From the NCBI RefSeq assembly GCF_046119375.1, contig NW_027367824.1, positions 1 to 54,589 of the forward strand: DNA of 54,589 bases, read 5' to 3'. A program made the position numbers and the translations under genes. Positions within the stretch are counted from its first letter, which is position 1; every line of letters begins with the position of its first letter. The notes under the pieces are model-generated. The model did not search any database. It was not told where the DNA came from and saw only the letters and a program-made list of their open reading frames with translations. This DNA comes from Phyllobates terribilis (Eukaryota). Shown here one piece after another: positions 36,801 through 48,083 of the stretch.

Positions 36801-39307
36801 TTGTCGTGTGGAAGAAGAAAACTGAGCTCAAACTAGTAAGCAAGTTGAAGTCCATCCACACTGATCACGGAACTGAATTCGACAACTCCTCTTTTCTCTC
36901 ATTATGCAGGGATTGTGGAATCGATCACAACTTCTCAGCTCCTAGAACTCCACAAGAGAATGGAGTGTTTGAACGAAAGAACATAACCTTGGAAGGAATG
37001 ACAAGAACGCTCTTAATCGCCAGTGGCCTTCCTAGCACCTTCTGGGATGAGGCTTTACATGCTTCTTGTTACATCCTGAATAGAGCCTTTCTAAGGCCCA
37101 TGTTGGAGAAAACATCCTACGAGCTACTAAAATGGAGGAAATCAAATATAAGTCACTTACGTGTGTTTGGTTGCAGGTGTTTTGTTCTTATAAATGGAAA
37201 GGAAAGTTTGGGAAAGTTTGATGCTCGAAGTGATCCGGGAATCTTTGTGGGGTACTCCTCACATAGTGAAGCATACAAGGTCTTCAATCAATGAAAAAGG
37301 AAGGTAGAGGAAAGTTTTCATGTTCGATTTGATGAACTAAAAATGGTGGGAACTGAGCTTGTTGATCTAAATGCACCTCCACTATCTGATGATGAAGACT
37401 TTCAAGTACTAGAGTTTTCTGAAGAACGCACAAGTGAGGAGGAGATTCCTCTTTCCCCACTCATAGATACTCCGAGCAATGATCCACAAAGTAACGATTC
37501 CCCGTCTCAAGAGAATCAGATGGATGAGGAGGAACCAATGGATCACACTTCTCAAAATGTGACCAGCAATCCGGTTGTCTATGATGCTACATCTCTAGCA
37601 CCATGCTCTCGCACTCCTTCTTCTTACCTCAGAGACTACGAATGCCCTACCATTCAACACCCCCAGGTAGTCGATCAGGTGGTCGACCCGGTAATCGACC
37701 AGGTAAGCGACCTGGCAGTCGACCATGTAAGTGATTCTGACCCTAACTCTTGTGCGTTCACTTCTTTCCTCTCCCTCGTAGAACCAAAGACTATAAGTGA
37801 GGCACTCAAGGATCCATAGTGGGTAAAAGCAATGCAAGAGGAACTCCATCAGTTTGAACGAAACAAGGTTTGGAGATTTGTTCCTAGGCCAGAGAACAGA
37901 ACCATCATTGGCACAAAATGGATCTTTAGGAACAAACTCGATGACAAGGGACAAGTCACAAGAAACAAGGCAAGACTTGTTGTTAAAGGGTACAATCAAC
38001 AGGAGGGAATCGACTATGATGAGACATTTTCTCCCGTGGCTAGGTTAGAAGCTATTAGACTCTTGATTGCATATTCTGCTCACCATGGTTTTATATTGCA
38101 GCAAATGGATGTCAAAACAACATTCTTGAATGGCGTACTGAAAGAGGAAGTATATGTAAGTCAAACACCAGGGTTTGAGGATCACTCTCATCCAAACTAT
38201 GTCTTCGCGTTAGATAAGGCGTTGTACGGTCTTAAACAAGCACCTCATGCCTGGTATGAGAGGCTATCACAGTTCCTTCTCTCACATGGATATGTGCGTG
38301 GGGAAATAGACAAAACTCTCTTCCTTCTCAAAGAAGGGAAACATACCTTGGTTGTTCAAGTTTATGTCGATGACATCATTTTTGGCTCCACAAATGAGGT
38401 GTTAGTTACTAAGTTCACTAGACTCATGGAAAGTGAGTTCGAAATGAGTATAGTGGGAGAACTAAAGTTCTTTTTAGGACTGCAAATAGTTCAATCCAAG
38501 GAAGGGACCAAGGTACATCAACAAAAGTACATCCATGAGTGCATCAAAAAGTTTGGTATGAATGATGCTAAACCTTTTTCTACCCCTATGTCACCAAATA
38601 ATTCACTAGGAAAGGACGATAAGGAGAAGGATGCTGACCAAACTTTATATAGAGGAATGATAGGATCTCTATTATATGTAACGGCTAGTAGGCCATATGT
38701 TATGTATTGTGTGTGTTTATGTGCTAGATTTCACGCAAATCCAAAGGAAACACACGCCAAGGCCATGAAGAGGATTCTCATATATCTCAAGGGAATAATT
38801 GATCTATGTCTATGGTATCCCCGTGGTGGTGATCTATCACTGGTTTGGTATACAGATGCGGACTTTGCTGGGAATAAGGTGGATAGAAAGTCTACTTCTG
38901 GAATGGCTCAATTCCTTGGTCCATGTCTTGTCTCTTAGGGATCAAAGAAACAAACCTCAGTTGGACTCTCCACAGCAGAAGCTAAATATGTACCTGCAGC
39001 CGCGTGTTGTTCACAACTTCTGTGGCTTAAACAACATCTAAGAGATTTTGGCATATTTCTTGACTCAGTTCCTATACTTTGTGATAACACTAGTGCTATA
39101 AATATATCTAAGAATCCTGTGCAACACTCTAGGACAAAGCACATCGAGATAAGGCATCACTTTCTTTGTGATTGTGTCAAGAAAGGAATGGTCTCAATGA
39201 ACTTCTGTAGCACAAAGAATCAAATTGCTGACATCTTCACTAAGGCACTCAACAGGGAACCCTTTGAGAAGCTCCGTATGGAACTTGGTATGATTTCCCT
39301 TGACTAA
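33808..39307 (+). pseudogene. Disrupted gag-pol polyprotein of the SIRE-like element
   Basis: Gag UBN2-like region, two zinc knuckles, WYIDSACSGHM protease, WHKRFGH / LDLIHMDLCGP integrase, [14 protein letters not shown] and [23 protein letters not shown] RNase H. Confidence 0.9.
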
Positions 39308-42045
39308 ATGTTATTCTCTTACGCTTCTCCCGATGATTGGTTGAAATCATGTGTGTATTGTTATTATATGTTGCATATCATAATCCTTGTAGGAGTAGCA
39401 TTTCTAGATTATACTTATTTTCCTTCCATGCGTCCTACCCCTAGTCACTTCCCTGGTTAATTACGCTTGGTTTAAGAAATTTTGACTCGCAAATCACATA
39501 GGTTTTTTTGTAAGCCCAAAAGATTCCTCACGATGATTTTTTAACCCGACATTATAAGCCCAAATGACGGAGGAAATCTACAGTGTCCCAAAGCCTCGTA
39601 TAGCATGTATAATCCTATGAGCACTTTTTTCGTATATTAACTGGATTCGTAATTCTATGCTTAATAAACACATGAACATATATGTTAAAATTTTTTTTTG
39701 TGTAATGGTCTCCTTGTGAAACCATCTTTGGTACGTGTCCCTACTCATTACACAACTTCGCTATCAAACACATACATGAGGTAAGCGACAAGGTAATCGA
39801 ATCTGCTGAAGTCTTGCACAAGAAGGAAAATCTTGCGATAGTTAGGGGAAATCAATTTGCAGGGTGTATATTTGCCTACGTGGACGTGATGTATGATATG
39901 ACATATCTATGGCGGGCCTGTTCAAAACCCAACAACAAATTCAACACAAAACTCTCTAGTAAGAGGAGAAGAGATCAGGGAAGGAAGAAGGAAATTGACT
40001 CTAAGGAATCTTCAAAAGGGTACATCTGCTGACCCAGTAGGTGAAGGTGGATCAAAGCACAGGAAACTTCAAGCCAATGTAAATGGCTTGATGAATCATC
40101 TGGAGAAGCACCAAATAGAAATAGAGAAGCACAAGTCTGATGTCGAGTCGAAAGCCGTGTAACTTGCTCTCCTCTAATGTGTTTGATCCCCAAACACCAC
40201 CCCTTGCTCATCTATCCATACTTCTCTTGACTCTTTTTGGTTAAAACTTTTGTGATCTGTTTGTCTTTTGCTCTAAAACTGTCGTAGTATACTTTGGATT
40301 ACATTAGGGGTTGTGCTTGCGTGCGCAAGACAACTTTGTATGGTCATATGATTTCCTTGCCTATCTTGGTGTATTTTTGCGCTTCGTATAATGAATTTAC
40401 TGGCTTTTTGATGATGCCAAAAGGGGGAAAGTTTAAGGGTGTCATATTTTGAGGGGGAAGTTGCTTACTAGGTTACTTACTCGAGTCATCTTAGGGGGAA
40501 TTGTCAAGTGTCTATATGTGGTCCTTCAATGCTTTATACTTGACTTTGATCTTAAATGTTTAAAGTGTTTGTCACCATCAAAAAGGGGGAATTTGTTAGA
40601 GTTCCTTAGTTTTGATGTTGACAAGTCGCTTACTAACTCGTTTACCTGCTTGTTACTTGCAGTTACTATTTTAGGGAAGCTTCCCTATTGGGAAACTTTC
40701 CTTAACAGGTAAGCGACTTCAAAACGGGAATCAATCAACCATATTATTAAGGAAGGAAGTATGGGCCGAGAGATATGAGACAATAATGGATTAAACATTT
40801 AAGATTCAGATTAATCAAATAAAGAAGCAAATCTTAAGGTGTTAAGATTTGATTTTGAAGAAGATCTTGAAAGAGATATTACGGAGGTTTTTCTCAAGGA
40901 AGAAAAAGAAGAAAATCAAGAAAAGATTAAGAAGTCGTCCAGTTAGGAAAAGAATCATGAGAGATGATTTTATTTGAAGATTTGGTCAAACAATATGGCA
41001 ATAAATATATTACATATCTTGCTCAAGGAAGATACGCCGCTTTTGGCCTATAAAAGGATTCGTCTTCTACAATGAAGAGGAGGACTGAACGACTGAAGAA
41101 AAACACAATATACTGGGTTAAGAGAGCCACACATCTGTAAGGGTTGAGTTTGGGTACGAGTGAGAAGAGAGATTTGATAATTCCGAGTTCTCTATTTGTA
41201 ACAAACAAGAAATCCAATAAGAAAAGTGTGTGAGTTTCAAATCCTTCTAGTGAAGAACTAGAAGGTAATGGTTTTACTCAATACTTGTTTTGTATTGAGG
41301 TTTACACTATAAATATTGTGCCAAACTTTTAAGAACTTTTTATTCCGCTGCCACTACTAAATATTGGGTCTATTGTAATGCCTGAAAAGTATTACAACAA
41401 GGCCAATAACCATTACAATAGGTCTATGGTAATGGATGAAAAACAGTTACAATAGAGGCCGTTGCCCTAGGTTTTAGGTAATAGATTTTTGTTCTATGGT
41501 AACAGTTCCATAAATTCAACAACAACCATTACAAAAGGCTTTAATCCATTACATTATACATGCATTATATTAGGTATAAAACCATTACATCTGACATAAG
41601 CATTACACTAGATACTAAGGCATTACCTTAATTCTAACCGTTGCCTTTTGCATATACCCATTACCTTAATTATCTAATGTAATACATCTTATTAAAGAAA
41701 AATGTGTTACACTAGACAATTTAGGTGTTACATAAAAGCATACCAATTTCACACAATTTAATTGTATATATATATTAATTTATAAACCAATACTTCAAAC
41801 CAAATTTAGAACTACTAATTTATAAACCATTATATAATCTAGTATGATATTACAAAAGATCATAGTACTTTATTAGAAGTATATAATATAGTATTTCACC
41901 ATGTCCAAAATGTCAAACTCTTGGCTATGTTGATTGTCAAATTCCTAACATAAACACCATATATATACTCAAAACTATCTAGATTAATATACCCAAAAAG
42001 TTGCCAAGTCTTGTAAGTGATTGTAGTTGAGTAGTTAACTCCCAT

Positions 42046-42150
42046 CTTCAACATTGTCTACATCTTCAATATCTTCTCCATCTTCACATCTTCCACATCT
42101 TCTAAATCTTCTACATCTTCCACATCTTCTAGATCTTCCACGTTTTCATC
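42046..42150 (-). repeat. 9-bp GAAGATGTG-type repeat forming an acidic (E/D/V) exon-like block
   Basis: The minus strand reads DENVEDLEDVEDVEDLEDVEDV after an acceptor TTGCAAATAG at 42151-42160. Confidence 0.6.
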
Positions 42151-42490
42151 CTATTTGCAAAACAAAACTTAGAACATATAGATAAAAAAATCAAGGATAT
42201 TGATTCACATCAAACTCAATAGCAGTCAAACACTCATATTTTTCAATAGTTGTTTTCCTATGAAATCAAACACAATCACATTTTAAATCACAAGATAACC
42301 ATATCAACCAAATTGATGGACAGTAGCCAAACACAATCACAATTTAAGTCAACACAATCACATTTTAAGTCAAGGATATTTAGCAAAACCACAACAACAC
42401 AACAATATGCAAACTTCAGCCAAACCACAACAGGAAATTAGTGATTCAAACTAATAGAGAATAAAATATGGTTTGTATCAGAAACAGTAC

Positions 42491-43635
42491 TTGTTGTCAT
42501 CAGAGTCATCAATATCAGCATCTGAACCAACTGATGTAATAGTGACATCAGGCTTAAGTTGAGCAGACTGAAGTAATGGGGGCATTACAACATTCATATA
42601 AGGGATAAAATCTTGTCCAAGGAACTTGCAAAGTCTATACCAAGCCTGGCAATTAGCAAATCATGTCATATCACATATATTGTCTCATTCATAGTTTATT
42701 TAAAAGTTAACAACATCTTAGAGGCTAAAAACATACTTGCAACATATAGCTAGTAGTTGGATCATCTGCTTCCAATTGTGATTCTTGCCACGACATGAGG
42801 ACTTCCATGACCTAAGCATCATTATAGCAATTTATCAGAACACTCGTTCAACAAATTTAGGGGAATTTGATATTCATATCAGGATATTAAGTATACGTAT
42901 GAGATGTCAATAACAAATGAGCTTAGCAGACAGTCACCAAGAACTCAAAAATTAAAAGAAAAAACATGAAAAAGGGCTAAAAACCAAACTTGCTTTGCAT
43001 CATCTCTAAATTTCTCTTTTCCAACAGCCATCCCAACTAAACTAATGCACTCCATAGATTTCACACGCAGCATGCGGTAAGACTTGTCATTAGCATTTAT
43101 TAAAATGGTTTTCAGGTACGGCATTATAGCATCATAGTACTTCTGGAAAAGCTCCTGGAAAGATACACATAACAACAGAGAATTAGTTTCTGAGAAGAGA
43201 GAGAATACTCAAATTTACTAAGATGTCTAACAAAACCTGTGATGAATCAGCAACTGATGCCAAAGCCGTCAATGCACCTTCTTGTACCATTTGCTTTCCA
43301 TTCTGTAATCCATTTGCAAATCAAAAGATAAGCCACATAATCCAACAGAATAAGCTCGTCTAAGTTGTTATAAAGCTCATCTAGGTACATCAAATTTGTT
43401 CAATAGTTATAATATGTGTAATCTAAAAGGGTTTTTTTCTTCTAAATACTACATACATATTCATAGATAGGGATTAGAGAGAAAGACATAGCAACGAAAG
43501 TTCCTTATGAGGTGGATGCAAGAATATTTACGCGTTGTACCATAATATATTTATGATTGTGGAAAGAAAATTTACCTGCAGAAGCACAAGTAATTTGCTA
43601 ACTATGCCATCCAAGTATGGAGTTAATAATTCGAT
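42491..43635 (-). pseudogene. Captured importin-5 (karyopherin beta-3) fragment. Exons ~43635-43576 (partial), 43302-43237, 43154-42990, 42811-42737, 42645-42491
   Basis: Exons translate to PYLDGIVSKLLVLLQ / NGKQMVQEGALTALASVADSSQ / ELFQKYYDAIMPYLKTIL...KSMECISLVGMAVGKEKFRDDAKQ / VMEVLMS...DDPTTSYMLQ / AWYRLCKFLGQDFIPYMNVVMPPLLQSAQLKPDV. GT-AG introns are retained. Confidence 0.88.
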
Positions 43636-44563
43636 GATCACCAGAAGCACAAGTAATTTTTGAACTAAACTTTGAGAATATCTGGAGGAAGGCAGCCAAG
43701 TCGACGCCATATATAATTCGATGATCAGCAGTCACATTTACCTACACCAGATTTAAAGTTTAGTTCAAAAATGTCATCAAATTCACAAACACACAACTCG
43801 AAAATAGAATAGCAGAACACTCTTAAGATAATAAAAAAAAGTCAAGCTGATTGAATCTAGATGGATATTACGGCATCCTGCTGAAAAGAAAACCTTTCGG
43901 TCTCAAAACATGGAAAGATTTCTACACTATAAATGTTGTAACATCTCCTTAGTTTCTTGGTCACCCAAAAAAGTGACCATATCTTAACACCCATGAGTAT
44001 GTCCATCTCGGATCTCCTTAACCATTTTAGTAAACAGCAGAGGTGGAATGAGTGGGAAACATCAATGAAAAGGTGTAGAAGAAAATCTTATATAAATTAT
44101 TAGCACATGTCAAACTGAGATAAATAGACAGTCAATCATCAAGGATAGTTGTAACTAAGAGGGATGGGATAGCTTGAAAATGATATGTAATTCATGTGAC
44201 TAGCAAAAGGTGAATGGAAGATTATGTATAAGACAATTAGAGCTACTGTAAGAAGAAGCTACTATTTTAGACAACTGAAAAACAAAAAGAGAGGCCCAGA
44301 CGGAATATAAGCAGCTAAATAATAATGCAATTCTAGAATAATTTTTAAAGCATGGATGGATAGTTAGTATAGTAGCAATATTGTAGATGTTATGAATGAA
44401 TAGAACTTACTAGCATTTTGTTCTTAACAAAAAAGAACCCATCTTTATCAGCAGCAACAGTAGGTTTTGATGCTCCAACAGCCATTATAGCTCCCTGATC
44501 ACGACATTCCACTATTAGCATAGCTTAAAGAAGATACAACTAGTATTGAAAGTTGGGACTTAC

Positions 44564-45854
44564 ATCTAAATATTGTTCCAATCTCTCAACCAGCTCATGT
44601 GGTAGAGGCTCTGGCAAATTAACAGTGTTCTTGTAGAATTTGTCCAACCACAGCTCTGTGCTCGTCTTTTTTCTCTTTCCTTTCACCGGTTCACCAAGAG
44701 GAGTCTTCAGGTACTCACTTACAAAACCTTGGACAATCTGTATTCAACAAGTGATTTTTAAGAAAGTAAATAATGTCATTACAATGAAGCGTACTAGAGA
44801 TGGATACCTATGATGTATCATGGATTTTCCGGAGTGAAAAATCAACGCGGGCATAGATTGTGTTCCTCTGGAAATTTTGCTGGATTAATTATAAGAACAT
44901 TTATGATGTAGTAATACAATATGAGCTTACTAGTGCAACATCTCTTAGAATTTGACTAACATGAGAAACATTAGCAAATGGGCCGAAAGGATGGCAACCA
45001 GTTGCCCAAAGCCAATTTAAAATTGGTCTTTCATGAATATGAGAAGCTTTCTCATATGGAGCACTCAATCCCCTACAATTGATGCAAGCCCTGCTAATAT
45101 ATGTCGTTGTGCTTCAGATGGAACATCATTCATCTTTTCTGTTTCTGATATATAACTGTCAAGGAAGAATTAGAATTAAAATATGATTAGAGACTTCTCA
45201 TACTTTGTATGATTTGAAGAAAAATTCCATGCTAGCTTACCTCAAAGGTATCTTATCATTTTTATGCTCCAGTACAATGACAACATCATTATTGGTCCAG
45301 ACAAGGCTTTCATCTTCCATCATAAGATTTGGATCAACATCAGCAAGTGGTAACACAAATCTGCAAGAGAAGAACTAAACATTTTTTACAATTCAAATTT
45401 GATTATATCAAATAGTCCAACATTCACTAAAAGATAAACTAGATAACAATTTTGAAAATTTAACAAGGTAAAAGTGCCTTACACAGGAACTACTCTTGTT
45501 CCATAAGTCCGGTACAAATCTCCCTGTTTGTATATTGCTCTCTTTTTCTTTTCCTTGCTATTCTTGGGTCTGTAAGTTTCCCATATTGGCTTATGCTTGA
45601 GTATAGAATCACTTGATATAGATTCCTCAATCCAGTTTTTCACAACAAGGCAGAACCACCATGAGTATCATCAACCCAATTCTACACTTTTATCTAGATT
45701 TTTGAGTCTGAGACTAATCAAATTACAAATTGATGGTCCAACAATAAACTTACCTGGCGGAGGAAAAAATTGTCTGAAAGAGAGGGATCAACTACCTCCA
45801 GTATACCAGCAGCAAGCATATCAGCTGAGCGCTCCATCTCCTGTTTCATGCATT
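44564..45854 (-). pseudogene. Captured fragment of an At5g58100-like uncharacterised plant protein. Exons 45854-45754, 45637-45483, 45360-45241, 45155-44931, 44867-44808, 44737-44564
   Basis: Exons read EMERSADMLAAG / GDLYRTYGTRVVPV / FVLPLADVDPNLMMEDESLVW / AQRHILAGLAS...GCHPFGPF / RNTIYARVD / SEYLKTPLGEPVK...PHELVERLEQYLD. Defects: one frameshift (~45070), a TAG at 44808-44810, and a lost AG acceptor at 45638-45639. The family name is from recall. Confidence 0.75.
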
Positions 45855-46494
45855 CTGAAGGTAATTTGTTTTTGCAATATATCCACTAAAGTGACATCCA
45901 ATTTTCAGACATTCAACTCATCCTGTTCCAAACATAGTTAGCAAATCAGCCATAAATAGCTCCTATTTTAAAATTGTCAAAAATAGTACGCTCATATTTC
46001 CATTACCCTTAAGAAGATAAAACAGATAGCGAGTCTGCGGCATTTTAAAAATGGATAGAAGTCCATCCCCTTTTATCTATATTTAGGGCCTGAAAGCACA
46101 ATGTGCCAGCAGCCACTCAGAAATATCTATTAGAAGAAAATTACAGTAAACTCTCCATAATAATGGCTAGATAACAAAGTAATTATTTTCTCAAATACTC
46201 CAAAATAGTGAACACCAGAGTTCAGGAATGTTATCATACACAAAGTAATTATTTTCTCAAATACTCCAAAATAGTAGATTATTCACAAAAAAGTCCACAA
46301 GTATACTGCAAATAAACTCACAAAAAAGTCCCAAATACTCCAAAATAGTAGATTATTCAAAAAAAAAAAGTATACTGCAAATCCATAAATCAAAAACAGA
46401 ATGAAACAACAAAACCCAATCCTGAGATAGTTGTCTTCAGTGGCAGCATTCTCATATTCTGATCTGGCCTAAATTAAAACCCACAAAGGGTTCA

Positions 46495-46650
46495 ATGTGC
46501 CAACAAGTTCTAGAGATTAGTCGTTCTAACAAGTTCAGAAGTGCATTAGAACTATTTAAGTCCATGGTAACCCTTAAACTAAAACCTAACTTACATTCCT
46601 GCAACTCACTTCTATCTTGTATTTTAAGGAATGACATGCTTGACGATGCT
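46495..46650 (+). pseudogene. Captured PPR gene fragment (about one motif; resembles At3g29290/EMB2076 from recall)
   Basis: ISRSNKFRSALELFKSMVTLKLKPNLHSCNSLLSCILRN, then similarity is lost abruptly. Confidence 0.65.
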
Positions 46651-48083
46651 AATAGCTCATCTCAAAGTCATATACAGATGAAGACGCTAACTATTCAAAC
46701 TGAAGCATTTCACCGATTAAATAATAGAATGAAGCACAACATTGTTCCAACATACAAGAAGCACGGGGAGAATGACCTTAATATATAATGTTGCAGCAAA
46801 GGGACATGAATGGAAGAGCATTGGGCACTTGTTCTACACTAGGCTAACTGTAAAGGACATTAAACAAGTTCTAATGAAATTTGAATGATTTATCAACAAG
46901 CAACTGGCTAGTCATTTGCGCTACTAACACAAACTACTTTAGATGACATAAAAGTGAATTAAAATGTGTAGATCCTAGAAAAACCTATGCATTCTTTACA
47001 TTCTTAAATTGGAAACAGAGTTCATCCTACCTGAGACCAGCCTTTTCATTTGAGTGCAAAATGCAAACAGAACATAATTAACTCACTGAATCTGCAGGCA
47101 AAAGCAATCACTAGTAGTCCTGCGGCAATATCCTTGAAACACAAAACACACAATCAAATAGATCCGCTCGAATGAAGACCAAGACAATACACAACGTCCA
47201 CCTACAACCAATGTTAAGCATAGTTTCAATCAGACATATCAATAGGTGTGACCATGAAATACACAACTTGACAATGAATATGACAGAAACAAGGAGATAG
47301 AGGTTACTGCAGAACTCATAAATTCATGGACTCTGAGTCGTTCAATCAAATCACCAATCCTCATTCAGCAGTTTGCCAGGCACCTCGCAGTTTGGGTTAT
47401 TATCACCCCTGCGACTGATATTGGTCGTCTCTATGCTGGTGAGTCATGCTGGAAAAATCAACAGAGAGATCAGAGTAGAGAGAGACGACCTTAGAGATAT
47501 TGGCGTTGATCTCGGGACTTAGGGCGACATTCGTGGCGAGCTTCTCCGGAATGGGAATTAGGGCTTTGCTGGAAAAACTCAATCGATAGAGAATGATGGG
47601 AATTAGTTGCGCTGAATGGGAATTAGGGGTTTTGGGGAATTAGGAGTTTCCCGCATCACGCCTCCTTGTCCTGCCTCCCGTCCTTTTTGATAGCCCTTTC
47701 TTTCTTTTCATTTGTGGAAATCAACCCTGCCTTTTCTTTATCTCCCACCCGCGCTCACATAATTTTTTTACTTTGTCAAAATTTAACTGTAACCCTTGCT
47801 TATTTTTACCGTAACTCTGGCTCTATATTTTATCAATTTTACAACCATTGCCTTTGTTTACACTGTTGTTACCTTATGATAATCTCTTTAACCTCAACTG
47901 TTACACTAGACTTCCATACTAATTAAAATATGAGTCATTACACTAGACTATATATTGTAATAGCAAAAAAAAACATAACAAAATTTCCATTACCTGAAGC
48001 TTGTTATTTAGTAGTGTGCGTGACGCTCAGGGAAGTGACAGTCGCTTCCCTCGTCACTTACGTCACAACGATTCAACACACAT

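Larger units (their letters stand above)
41352..48016. mobile_element. Non-autonomous CACTA (En/Spm) DNA transposon carrying host gene fragments (Pack-CACTA)
   Basis: Perfect 12-bp TIRs CACTACTAAATA (41352-41363) / TATTTAGTAGTG (48005-48016) and 3-bp TSD TGC (41349-41351, 48017-48019). Removing it restores the LTR sequence seen in the 5' LTR. Subterminal CATTAC-type repeats at both ends; no transposase ORF seen. Confidence 0.95.
32949..48078 (+). mobile_element. Ty1/copia LTR retrotransposon, Sirevirus/SIRE-like; 3' LTR split by a CACTA insertion
   Basis: 5' LTR 32949-33764 (TG...CA); PBS TGGTATCAGAGC 33767-33778; gag-PR-INT-RT-RH from 33808 to 39307 with stops and frameshifts. Several polypurine tracts at 40420-40590. 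3' LTR at 40594-41351 plus 48020-48078. Perfect 5-bp TSD CACAT at 32944-32948 and 48079-48083. Confidence 0.93.

Noticed and set aside
43990-44075. Minus-strand SHSFHLCCLLKWL resembling a RING-H2 segment, as a possible fourth captured gene
   Set aside because: The flanking Cys pairs and clear splice sites are missing. It is too short to support without a search.
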